A stretch of 20,788 bases of DNA. Source: Octopus sinensis. Lineage: Eukaryota. This document shows positions 1 to 11,466 of the stretch, one piece after another. The notes beneath the pieces are model-generated. The model was not told the DNA's origin. It worked only from the letters and a program-made list of their open reading frames with translations, and did no database searches. The number at the start of each line of letters is the position of its first letter. The first letter of the stretch is position 1. A program made the position numbers and the translations under genes. The stretch is taken from positions 1 through 20,788 of the forward strand of contig NW_021823757.1 in NCBI RefSeq assembly GCF_006345805.1, given 5' to 3'.

Positions 1-113
1 CAGGTTCAATTCCATTGCATGGCATCTTACGCAAAGTTTCATTTACCATACAGTCCTGCTAACCAAAAATGCGAGTGGAATTGGACAGCCGGAAACTGTT
101 CGGAAGCTCATCG
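1..113 (+). mobile_element. Degraded SINE B head fragment, truncated by the window edge
   Basis: caggttcaattccattgcatggcatctt...gtggaattggacagccggaaactg is a decayed match to ggttcagtcccactgcgtggcaccttgggcaag...gtggatttggtagacggaaactg of the better copies at 2582 and 8754. Confidence 0.65.
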
Positions 114-286
114 AGTGGATCGTACTCGTTATTGTAAGACCCACCCATGTCACACTATAATGTTGCTTCTTCGGAATACTCAGCCAGTTACGTGATGATT
201 CAAAGAACTTGGTGGCCTGGTTGATTGAACAATTGAATACTCATTGTCGAAACTGACGAAGAACCATTCATAATTCTATGAGGGTA

Positions 287-503
287 AGGCGGCGAGCAGG
301 CAGAATCGGCAGCGTGCCGGACGAAATGCTTCACGGTTTTTCGTCCGTCGTTACTCTCTGAGTTCAAATTCCTCCGAGGTCGACTTTACCTTTCATCCTT
401 TCGGGGTCGATAAAATAAATACCAGTAAAATGCTGGGGTCGATGTAATCGACTAGTCCCCTCCCCCAAAATTTCAGGCCTTGTGCTTGTAGTAGAAAGGA
501 TAA
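287..503 (+). mobile_element. tRNA-derived SINE A, tail variant 1
   Basis: A-box-like aggcagaatcgg and B-box gagttcaaattcc, then gtcgactttacctttcatcctttcggggtcgataaaataaataccag...ctggggtcgatgtaatcgact shared with the copies at 550 and 16720. The 3' part differs (tagtcccctcccccaaaatttcaggccttgtg). Confidence 0.9.
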
Positions 504-549
504 TTTTATGCGGGTAGCTAGGAAGATAGATTGGTAGGTTTGTTGGTAT

Positions 550-780
550 GCGGCGAGCTGGCAGAATCGTTAGGACGCCGGGCGAAATGCGTAGCTGTAT
601 TTCGTCTGCTGTTACGTTCTGAGTTCAAGTTCCGCCGAGGTCGACTTTGCCTTTCGTCCTTTCGGTGTCGATAAAAGTATCAATTACGCACTGGGGTTGA
701 TACAATCGACGTAATCCGTTTGTCTGTCTTTGTTTGTCCCCTCTGTGTTTAGCCCCTTGTGAGTAGTAAAGAAATAGGTA
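550..780 (+). mobile_element. tRNA-derived SINE A, tail variant 2, full length
   Basis: A box tggcagaatcg, B box gagttcaagttcc, 3' end ccccttgtgagtagtaaagaaataggta. GGTATG occurs at 545-550 and 777-782 (possible TSD). Confidence 0.9.
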
Positions 781-900
781 TGTAGACTGGCAAGTCGATT
801 GGAAGGTATGTTGGCAGGTAGTTAAGTTGGTAAGAATGTAGGTAGGTATGTTAGTAGGCAGGTTGGTAAATCGGTGGGCAGGTAACTCAGAAGGTTAGTA
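781..900. repeat. Degenerate (AGGT)n purine-skewed tract
   Basis: Recurring aggt/ggta units; the same composition is seen at 510-548 and 1438-1960. Confidence 0.75.
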
Positions 901-1103
901 TTTAACATATGGTATAATGATAAACAGAGCAAATTTTAGCCATTTCTCTGCAGACTGGAAAAATGATTGACAAACAATCGATTTTCGAACCTTATTGAGC
1001 TCTCATCAGTGGCATCCACATCATTCTGACAGCCTCTAGAGAAACAAGCAGTCAAACTGTTTTATATACTCAACAAATGCAGCAGTTACTCTATGAAGGA
1101 GTT

Positions 1104-1269
1104 CTTACTCTTTTATTCTTTTACTTGTTTCACCGCTTTTAGTCGATCAAGCAACTCGATCCCAGGCCTTATTCTTTGTAAGCCTAGTACTTATTCTATC
1201 GGTTCTTTTACCGAACCTCTAAGTTACGGGGACGTAAACATACCAGCATCGCTTGTCAAGCGATGTTGG
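1104..1269 (-). mobile_element. SINE B-C 3' (C) module only, with a 28-bp internal deletion
   Basis: Matches 2760-2945 except that gtcatttgactgcagccatgctggagca is missing at a CA microhomology (1131-1132). No head is present. Confidence 0.88.
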
Positions 1270-1270
1270 T

Positions 1271-1386
1271 ATGCATGTATGTATGTATGTATGTATGTAT
1301 GTATGTATGTATGTATGTATGTATGTATGCATGTATGTATTATGTATGCATGTATGCATGTATGTATGTATGCATGTATGTATATT

Positions 1387-1418
<32 letters not shown>

Positions 1419-1960
1419 TGTATGTATGTATGTATGTAGGTAAGTAAGTAGATAAGTAGCTAGGTACGTAGGTAAATAGAAAGTTTGCAAGCCGAAGTCG
1501 GTGGATCTTATGTAGGTAAGTAAATTGGTGGGAAGGTAGGTAGGAAGGAAGGTGGGTAGGTAGAATGGTTGGCAGGAGGAAATATAAGTTGAGTGGGTAA
1601 ATAAGAAGATGGGTAGATTAATAGTTTAGTTGGTAGGTATCTATATCGAAAAGTAATTTAGACAGGCGGGTAAAAAGGTAAGAACAGCAGATAGGTAAGA
1701 GGGTAAGTAAGAATGTAAGAGGTGAGGTGAGCAGGAGAGAAAAATAGGTAGGTAGGTAGGTAGGTAGGTAGGTAGGTGTGTAAGTAGAAAAGTAATTTAA
1801 GTAAAATGTAAAAGTGGTCAGAACTGCAGTTAGGTAGGAAAGTAGGTAAGGGTGCAGGTAAGAGAATAGGTAAGTAGGTAAGTGATTTAGGCAGGTAGGA
1901 AGGTAGGTAGGTAGGTAGGTAAAAAAGGTGAGAAGGGTAAGAAGGTGAGATGGAGGGGAG
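1271..1960. repeat. (ATGT)n microsatellite (1271-1437) followed by degenerate (AGGT)n purine-rich tract
   Basis: Directly visible; accounts for the MYVC and PTYL ORFs. Confidence 0.95.
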
Positions 1961-2581
1961 GGCGAGTTGTTTGTAATCACTGTTTTCGCTTGATTGCACA
2001 TCCAATTACACCTTCAATAAAAACGACCTGGACTGACAGTGTGACATAAAAACGAAGTAGGATGGAAGTCATTTGCAACAGACATCGCTACCTTTCTCTA
2101 TTTATCTCATTAACACCAGCAATTATCTTCCAATTCTTACTCCACCTCACCCATCACATCCCACCACCTTTCTTTCTTTCTTTCTTTTTCCTTCCTTCTT
2201 TCTTTCTTTCTTTCTATGGATGTATATCTATGTACAGTGGACGTCTTGCTTGGTGATAATATGTATTTACTATGTGTGTGATCCTTGTAGATAATCTCCT
2301 TTCTAATTATTTATCTATCGTCTTACAAACACGGAAATGCGTTCACGTGTGTATGCATATATATACATATGCGTGTGTGTGTGTATGTGAGCGTGCAAGT
2401 GTGTGTGCGTGTGTGTGTGCTACGTGTCTAATTTAACTAATTACTAAGGATTTGTCTTGCTCAGGCATCCGCATATACATACATATATATAATACATACA
2501 TATACATATATATATATATACATGCATACATACATATATATATATATAATTATACATATATATTATATATGTATATATATA

Positions 2582-2743
2582 AGCACCGCCATTGCTGCAT
2601 GTTAAGAAGCTTGCCTCCCAAGCTCATAGTTCCGGGTTCAGTCCCACTGTGTGGCACCTTGGGCAAGTGTTTTCTACTAAAGCCTCGGGCCTGCCAAATC
2701 CTTGTGGGTGGATTTGGTAGACGGAAACTGAAAGAAGTCAGTC
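2582..2743 (+). mobile_element. SINE B head (5' half of an interrupted B-C element)
   Basis: B-box ggttcagtccc, gcaccttgggcaagtgt (CORE-like motif), ends ggtagacggaaactgaaagaag. Confidence 0.88.
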
Positions 2744-2759
2744 ATATATTATATATATA

Positions 2760-3165
2760 CTCTTTACTCTTTTACTTGTTTCAGTCATTTGACTGCAGCC
2801 ATGCTGGAGCACCGCCTTTAGTCGAGCAAATCGACCCCAGGACTTATTCTTTGTAAGCCTAGTACTTATTCTACCGGTCTCTTTTGCCGAACCGCTAAGT
2901 TCGGGGACGTAAACACACCAGCATTGGTGGTCAAGCGATGTTGGGGGTACAAATACAGACACACAAACACACACATACACAATATATATATATACATATA
3001 TATGAAAGGCTTCTTTCAGTTTCCGTCTACCAAATCTACTCACAAGGCTTTGATCGGCCCGAGGCTATAGTAGAAGACACTTGCCCAAGGTGTCACGCAG
3101 TGGAACTGAACCCGGAACCATGTGGTTGGTAAGCAAGCTACTTACCACACAGCCACTCCTACGCC
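2760..3165 (-). mobile_element. Full-length SINE B-C (tRNA head, microsatellite linker, C tail)
   Basis: The minus strand starts ggcgtaggagtggctgtgtggtaag (A box) and ggttcagttcc (B box), has a ~55-bp TA/TG linker, and ends gcagtcaaatgactgaaacaagtaaaagagtaaagag. Confidence 0.93.
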
Positions 3166-3455
3166 TATATATATGTATGTGTGCGTGTGTGTGTGTGTAT
3201 TCATGTGTGTGTATTCGTGTGTGTTTTGTCCTCCCTCCCCACACCGCTTGACAACCGGTGCTGGTATGTTGACGTCCCCTTAATATAGTAGTTCGGCAAA
3301 AGTGACCGATCGAATAAATATTAAAGCTTGCAACGAATAAGTCCTGGGTTCGATCTGTTCGACTAAGACCCTTCAAGGTGGTGCCCTAGCATGGCTGCAG
3401 TCAAATGACTGAAACAAGTAAAAGAATAAAAGAATACAAGAATACAAGAATCAAG
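3166..3455 (+). mobile_element. Linker plus C tail (3' half of the element whose head is at 2582)
   Basis: (TG) linker, then ccgcttgacaaccggtgctgg...gcagtcaaatgactgaaacaagtaaaagaat with a short repeated tail (caagaata). Confidence 0.88.
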
Positions 3456-3651
3456 AATACACATATGAAGAGAATAAGTGTATTCCCAAGCAGGAATCTG
3501 TTTTGGGGTTTGAAAATTCACCTGAATCTGAAAAAAGGGTTGTTTTTAAATTTTGTAATAGATTGGTATTTGAATAAATCTATTACAAATTTTAAAGGAC
3601 TGCATGTCTTGAGATTCAGGAGCATTTTCAAACCCTAAAGAAAATTCTTCA

Positions 3652-3948
3652 ATGCATACACATACAAATACATACATACATACATACATACCTACATACA
3701 TACATACTACATACATACATCACACACACACACACATACATACATAGTACATACATACATACATACCATATACCACATATATACATAATACATACAATAA
3801 CATACAATAAATACATACATAATAATACATACATACACACACACATACATACATACATACATACATACATACATACATACATACATACATACATACATGC
3901 ATACATACATACATACATACATACATACATGCATACATACATACATAT
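3652..3948. repeat. (ACAT)n/(CA)n microsatellite
   Basis: Directly visible. Confidence 0.95.
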
Positions 3949-4186
3949 ATAAAGCACCTTTATAAAAAGTAAAGGTCTAAATTACCAAGAGCGGATATCT
4001 TCACTTTGCTTGGTTGGATTGTCTGCACAAACGGCAGGAATATCAGGTACAGATACCCCTGCAGGGAGTCTTGATATTCAATATTCAATTAGTATTGTTT
4101 GGGTGTGCAGATTATACCGACCTAGCAAGGTGCGTTAATTTAAGTACCTAATTCAACGGAATCTTAATTATATTTTAAATCGTCAC

Positions 4187-4240
<54 letters not shown>

Positions 4241-4365
4241 GTACCGGAGCAAGCACATAAATGCGAAACAAGGTTGCAAAAATAGTACTCGAATACCAGA
4301 GGTAGAGTAATATGCTTTATTGAAAAGCATATTGTGATATTATTGCTGCTTTCAATAAAGTATAT
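4241..4365. repeat. Probable interspersed-repeat end fragment ending in an inverted duplication
   Basis: gtaccggagcaagcacataaatgcgaaacaagg...gtactcgaataccagaggtagagtaatatgctttatt resembles a recurrent octopus repeat end as I recall it (unverified). Inverted arms lie at 4310-4328 and 4348-4365. Confidence 0.45.
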
Positions 4366-4762
4366 ATATATTAAAGATAAAAAAGAAGACGGAATGTATC
4401 AACAACAAAATTTATATGGCCACAGCAATTGTTTCACCTTCAAAATGCACTGTACCCTTGTGAGTACGAAACGATGGAATAAGGCCAAATGCAAGGCACA
4501 GTGTATAGAAGACTCCTCAGGTGGGATAGTGGGGTTTTAAGCTGGGAGAGTCACATTAGAGCTCCGCTGTATTGAGAGATTTTAACAGTTAGACACACGC
4601 ACAGACAGACGCGCACATTCTGAAATAAGGTTTTGATATTGTGTTTAACACGTATTTTCTTAACCTTAATTCTTTAACTTATGTGTGTACGTACGCATGT
4701 ACGTATGTATGTAAATACACATATACATACATACATACATACATCACACACACACACATATA

Positions 4763-4798
<36 letters not shown>

Positions 4799-4994
4799 AC
4801 ATATATTTCCTTCTCCTTTCTGCACGCCCCCTCTTATAAGTTCCTTTTCACATTAGCAGCCCGAGTTATTCTGCGTCCATTGTCAGTTGCAGCCAGGTTT
4901 TTCAAGCTGAGAGGATATAAACTCTGAAAATTTTTTTAAATCCGAAACTTTGGATATTCCACTCCCCACGGCAAGTTCACTGTACCTCTTTCAC

Positions 4995-4996
4995 CT

Positions 4997-5088
<92 letters not shown>
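4995..5088. repeat. (CT)n(TA)n(GA)n compound, self-complementary microsatellite
   Basis: CT run 4995-5034, TA run 5035-5064, GA run 5065-5088. Confidence 0.95.
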
Positions 5089-5277
5089 TACACATTCGCT
5101 GCTTTCTTCGAAGGAATCTAATGCTCTTAGCTTAGGTTTTTCTTGGGGCTGGCCATATTGGAGCAATCTCGAGTATAACCAGCCGAAATTGCAAAGATAA
5201 TCAGGAACTCGACTGAGGATAGAAAACTCCGAATAAGACACACACACATAGAGCAAGAGAGACACACACATATAGAG

Positions 5278-5317
<40 letters not shown>

Positions 5318-5370
5318 GAAGATGTAGAGAGAGAGACGAAGATGTAGAGAAACATTGATAAGTACATACA

Positions 5371-5950
5371 TCTATATATATAAAGCTGAAGTTCTGTGTG
5401 TGTGTGTGTATCGCAGGTTTGGTAGCCTTAAACTAACACTATCTCCTCCGAGACCCTGCATCGTAAGTTAACCAAAATTGAGAGTATGATAGAAGAAGGC
5501 TTGCTCTTTATTCCGTAGAAGAAAATAATTCAAATCGGACCATGTTAAGACCAAAAATTATTTACATCAAAAAGGTGCTTTTTTTTCTACGTAAATCCTT
5601 ATTTTGTTTTACGATTTTATGACTGCTGTGTCGCTATTTTGCGGTGTATTTCAACCAGAAAAATGTTCACTTAAAGAGAATAACAAGCTACATAATGCAA
5701 AATTTTTACTTTTCAAAAATTCCAATTCTAAAGGGTCGAAAAGAATTTGTTTGTGATGTCATTGGTTTTGTGCGAAACTCGGATCAGCTGATCCAATACA
5801 CATTCAGAGCAAACTCGAGCATCACGACACTATACTTTTATTCATAGATTGAAACTATGTCAAAACTTTGTTAACACGACATCAAAGTCTGCCATTTTAA
5901 GCGCAACTAAAAAGCAAACAAACCGGAGCAACGCCGGGCTATACTGCTAG
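5371..5950 (+). mobile_element. Complete non-autonomous Helitron (580 bp)
   Basis: Starts TCTATATATATAAAGCTGAAG directly after an A (5370) and ends CTAG (5947-5950) directly before a T. Subterminal hairpin ccgg-agcaacg-ccgg at 5923-5937, no TSD, and a (TG)n near the 5' end. These are canonical Helitron termini. Confidence 0.9.
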
Positions 5951-6265
5951 TATATAATGTATACGTACATATACTTATCTAAATGTCTCTCTCTGTCTAT
6001 TTGTCTCACCCTCTGTATGTCTCCCTCGCTCTGTTAGTCTGTCTCTCTCTCTCTCTGAACTATAGGTAGTTAAACCAGAGCATGCAGTTTTCAAACTCAA
6101 AGCCATATAATTGAAGCAGTGAGCAAACACGGCATGTCCCTCTCGTCTCCTTTCCACCTGTCTCTCATAAAACATGAAACATTCATAGTGAAATAAGGAT
6201 CTCTTATTTACATTCGTTTATATAACTTAGGCATGCATTGCATGCTTTGCATTCATGCAGGAAAC

Positions 6266-6529
6266 GACACACACACACACACACACACACACATTCAAAC
6301 ACACACACACACACACACACACACATAGGCACACATACACACACACGTACACACACATACACACATATTTAGCTTTATAAATATATATCTGTATATACCT
6401 TACACATATTTACATATATATATATATACACACATATATGTTTCTATATCTATATATATAAGCATGTATATATATATTTATATATATATATATGCATATA
6501 TATAGATTTATATGCATATATATGCATTC

Positions 6530-6562
<33 letters not shown>

Positions 6563-6755
6563 TATGTATATACATATATATGCATTTATATATGTATTTA
6601 TATGTATATATATATGTGTATATTTATACATATGTGAGTGTGAATGCATGTTTGTACAAATATATACAAACATGCATTCATACATACAAACATAGACCAC
6701 ATCACAAACATATGATATACTTACACACACACTACATGGTATCATATCATATATC

Positions 6756-6796
<41 letters not shown>

Positions 6797-6850
6797 CATA
6801 CACATATATATATATTATACATATATATATACATATATACATACATACAC
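6266..6850. repeat. Compound (CA)n/(TA)n/(TATG) microsatellite
   Basis: Directly visible. Confidence 0.95.
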
Positions 6851-7203
6851 ATCCGCCTGAGTAGATAGCCGGTTGTAAAGACATCGACAGCAATTAAACA
6901 GCAGCGTGTTGGGCCCGGCGTATATTAAATGCGTTGTGTTTAATGTTATATAAATAGATTTACCGACACACGAATACACACAGATGCAGTCTGTTGCACA
7001 CAGACACGCACAGATGCACATAGGTGCACACATACGCAGAATGCCATGCTAGGTGACAATTTACTTTGTGTGTTGCTCAAACAGCTGTTGCCAAAGCAAA
7101 ATGGCGTGGATTCGTTTTTTAAGGAGAGCAGGAAACATATTTGTAGGTTTCGTTTCAGTTTCTCCATTGAGGCTCGTCCGATTCTAATTCCCACTATTAA
7201 CTA

Positions 7204-7941
7204 CTGCAGCTGTTGCTGCTGCTGCTGATGTTGATGATGATGTTGCTGTTGCTGTTGGTAATACTTCTATTGCCACAATACCAGCACCAGCACCACCATC
7301 AGCAGCAACGCCAGCAACGCTGCAGCCACCACCACTACTTCCACCAGTACCATCGACCCACCCACCGCCACCACTACCACCACCACCACCAGCACCACCA
7401 GCACCACCATCACCACCACCACTACCACCACCACCTCCACCAGTAACGTTGCAGCCACCACCACTACCTCCACCAGCAGTACCACCAACACTACCACCAC
7501 CACTACCTCCACCAGCAGTACCACCAACACTACCACCACCACCACACCACCACCATACCACCACCAGCAACGCTGCAAACACCACCATCACCTCCACCAG
7601 CTCCTCCACCAGCACCACGAGCACCACCGCCACAACCACCACCGCAACCACCACCAACAGCATCACCAGCACCAGCACCAGCACCACCACCACCACCTCC
7701 ACCAGCATCACCAGCACTACCACCGTTACCTCCGCCATCCTCACCCCCCAGCACGACTACCACTACCACCACCACCACCACCACCACCACCACCGCCACC
7801 GTCACAACCAGCACAACCACCACCATCACCTCCATCAACAGCAGCAGAAACAACAACAACCTCACCACTAACATCACCACCACAACCACCACCGACATCG
7901 CAACCACGATCATCACCACAGTACCATTACCACCACCGTTT

Positions 7942-7975
<34 letters not shown>

Positions 7976-8005
7976 AACCACCACCACCATCACCACCACC
8001 ACCAC
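7204..8005. repeat. Cryptic trinucleotide array (CTG/GAT, then CAC/ACC/CAG, then CTA)
   Basis: In-phase triplet variants with a 39-bp tandem duplication at 7461 and 7500. Confidence 0.92.
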
Positions 8006-8024
8006 TATTCGAAAAGGATGCCTT

Positions 8025-8180
8025 CACAACCACCCGAAGGGGATGCCAGTCCGTTGCAGATTTGGTCCCTTTGTAGCTGTGTGGACCAGAAGTAACGCGA
8101 AGCGAAATAGTTTGCCCGGAAATCGAAACTAAGATTGCAGATGAGTAAAATACTCTAAACCCACGTGACCGCGCACCTTC
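8025..8180 (-). mobile_element. Highly decayed SINE D-like fragment
   Basis: tgtagctgtgtggaccagaagtaacgcgaagcgaaatagtttgccc...ggaaatcgaaac...ctctaaacccac parallels cagctgagcgaactgcagcaacgggaaataaagtgttttgctc...gggaatcgaac...ctctaaccac at 17695-17815. Confidence 0.6.
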
Positions 8181-8240
8181 GAAACATCATTTAAGACTTA
8201 TGGCGATTAGTACAAAGTTACTGAAATACCATAGAAAGTT

Positions 8241-8482
8241 TTCTTTTACCTGTTTCAGTCATTGCACTGCGGCCATGCTGGGGCATCGCCTCGAACGGTT
8301 TTAATGAAACAAATCTATCACAGTACTTATGTATTTTTTTTAAAGATTTTCTGCCGAACTGCTACGTTACGGGGACGTAAACAAACCAACACCGGTTGTC
8401 AAGTGGTTTCGGGGATGGTGACAAACAAAACACAAAAGACACGCATATATAGGCATACACTCACAAACCAAACGCACACACA

Positions 8483-8530
<48 letters not shown>

Positions 8531-8677
8531 GATAATGGACTTCTACACAGTTTTCGTTCACTGATTTTATTCACAAGATATTAATTGAAGATACTTGCCC
8601 AAGGTGCCATGCAGTGGGAACGAACTCGAAACTGCGTGGTTGCAAGGCAATCTTCTTAACCATACAGCCATGTCTGC
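8241..8677 (-). mobile_element. Older full-length SINE B-C
   Basis: C tail 8241-8420, linker of ~110 bp, B head 8535-8677 with a small internal deletion. Confidence 0.85.
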
Positions 8678-8753
8678 TATAGATAGTATAAGGATTTTCA
8701 GGAATAGAAATTTGTCTTTGAAATTGTATACAAATCTGCTGAAATCTGAATAC

Positions 8754-9585
<832 letters not shown>

Positions 9586-9739
9586 CCGTCTGTAGTCTCG
9601 ACGAAGTGCTAACATTAATCTTTGTGCTGTTGAAGAAAACAGTTTAATTGGCTGAGAATAAAACCTTAAATTGGAGAGAAAATTATTGTCCATTAAAGAT
9701 TTGGACGATAAAGGGACGTGTGGAATGGAAGGGGAGGGC

Positions 9740-10132
9740 GATGGTGATGACGATGGTGACGAAGACGACGATGGTGATGATGATGATGATGATGTCGATG
9801 ACGATGGTTGGTAGTGGTGCTGGTTGTGGAGGTGCAGGTAATTGTGGTGTGACGACGACGATGATGATGATGATGGTGTGTGATGGTAATAATGGTGACG
9901 ATGATGATGGCGATGACGATGATGATGATGATGATGACGATGATGGCGATAATGATGACGATGATGATGATGAGATGATGATGATGTTGGTGGTGGTGGT
10001 GGTGGTGGAAGTCGTGATGATGATGATGGTGCGTGATGGTAATAATGGCGACGATGATGATGGCGATGATGATGATGAAGATGGTAGCGATGATGGTGCC
10101 GGTGGTGGTTGTCGTGATGACGATGACGATAA

Positions 10133-10163
<31 letters not shown>

Positions 10164-10283
10164 AATAGTATCACATTTCTATTATCAGCATGTAACGACG
10201 ACAGTTCTTCTGTCATTAAAGCCCACAAAAACAACACGGAAACAACAAGAACAACAAACCATCTCTACCACCATCACCACCAC

Positions 10284-10314
<31 letters not shown>

Positions 10315-10420
10315 CAAAAATGAAAAGAACCACCGCCACCAAAACATCACCACAAACACCCACAACATCAACAACAACAACAACAACAACAACGTCAACA
10401 GCAATAATAACAAACAGCAT
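9740..10420. repeat. Cryptic trinucleotide array (GAT/GAC/GGT, then ACA/CAC)
   Basis: Directly visible; block gatggtgYgtgatggtaataatgg duplicated at 9872 and 10025. Confidence 0.92.
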
Positions 10421-10464
10421 ATAACATGACCAGCATGATTAGATGGGACATAAAATAGCATAGA

Positions 10465-11418
10465 TTGGGGGTGGGGGTGGGGGAGAAGAGGAGGAGATAG
10501 AGAGGGAGAGGGGGAGAGTTAGAGATTAAGAAGTTGAGAGAGGAGAAAGGAGACACAGAAAGGGGAGACATGAAGGGAAAAAGGTAAGAAAATGAAGAAA
10601 TAAAAAGGATAAAAGTTTAAGGGGAGGGGAGGGGAAAGAGGGAAAGAGAGAGAGAGGAGAGAGAGAGGGGTGGGAGAGAGAGGGGTGGTGAATATGAAGA
10701 AATAGAGAGAATTTAAGAAAGATTAATTGAAGAAAGACACAAGGAGAGACAAAATGAAGAGGAAGAAGGGAGAGAACGAGAGAAAGATAGAAAGAGAGAG
10801 ATAGAGAGAGGTAGACAGGTATAGGGAAAAAGAAAGAGAGAGAGAAGCAAGCAGAGAGATAGAAACAGAGAGACAGAAAGACAATTAGAGATACAGGGAG
10901 AGAGATAGAGAGAGACAGAGAGACAGACACACAGAAGGAAGGAAAAAGAGATAGAGAGAGGTAGAAAGACATAGGGAGAAAGGGAGAGAGAATCAGGCAG
11001 AGAGATAGAAACTGACAGACAGAAAGAGACAATTAGAGAGAGGAGAGAGAGAGGAGAGAGATTGAGAGAGAGAGAGAGAGAGATAGGAAGAGAGACTGAG
11101 AGAGAGAGAGAGCGGACAGAAAGAGACCGAGAAAGAAAGAGAGCGAATGAAAAGAATAAGAGAAATATATTGAGTAAAACCTAGACATAAAGAGGAGAGT
11201 GTATGTGTGTGTGAGTGTGAGTGTGCGTGAGAGAAAGAAAGGAGAGATAGAGAGAGAAAGCAGAGATGGAGATAGAGAGAGAAAGAGATAGAGAGAGAAA
11301 GAGTCAGAGAGTGCTGGGAAAGTAAAAACAAAAATCTACACAAAGTAAAACAACTACAGCAAAAGCAAAAACAAACAGCAAACATTGAAAGATAGAGATA
11401 GATAGATAAAGAGGAGAG

Positions 11419-11465
<47 letters not shown>
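10465..11465. repeat. ~1-kb polypurine (GA-rich) tract
   Basis: Mostly A/G on the + strand; G5-T-G5-T-G5 at 10467-10483; diverged 150-bp duplication at 10800 and 10950. Confidence 0.92.

Positions 11466-11466
<1 letters not shown>

Noticed and set aside
900-1095. Minus-strand DATDESS suggesting a transposase first-Asp motif
   Set aside because: Too short, stops in the surrounding frames, and no other DDE motifs.
3986-4058. Possible 73-nt minus-strand exon (ctgcag|GGGTATC...CTTG|gtaatt)
   Set aside because: Splice-like ends and two open frames, but the peptides are unrecognised and the pyrimidine tract is weak.
5095-5212. Possible minus-strand exon RVPDYLCNFGWLYSRLLQYGQPQEKPKLRALDSFEESSEC
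   Set aside because: Good acceptor but no convincing donor, and no recognisable homology.
6070-6260. Cluster of GCATG motifs and a p53-like half site
   Set aside because: GCATG is common in the local ATGC/ATGT repeats, and the half site misses the consensus and has no partner.
7184-7919. Pro-rich (formin FH1-like), Gly-rich and His-rich ORFs
   Set aside because: Several overlapping frames on both strands are open because (CAC/ACC)n lacks stops; there are no flanking domains or credible splice sites.
9648-10424. 258-aa Met/Asp/Thr-rich ORF
   Set aside because: It crosses GAT, GGT and ACA arrays and changes residue type with repeat phase, as expected for non-coding simple repeats.
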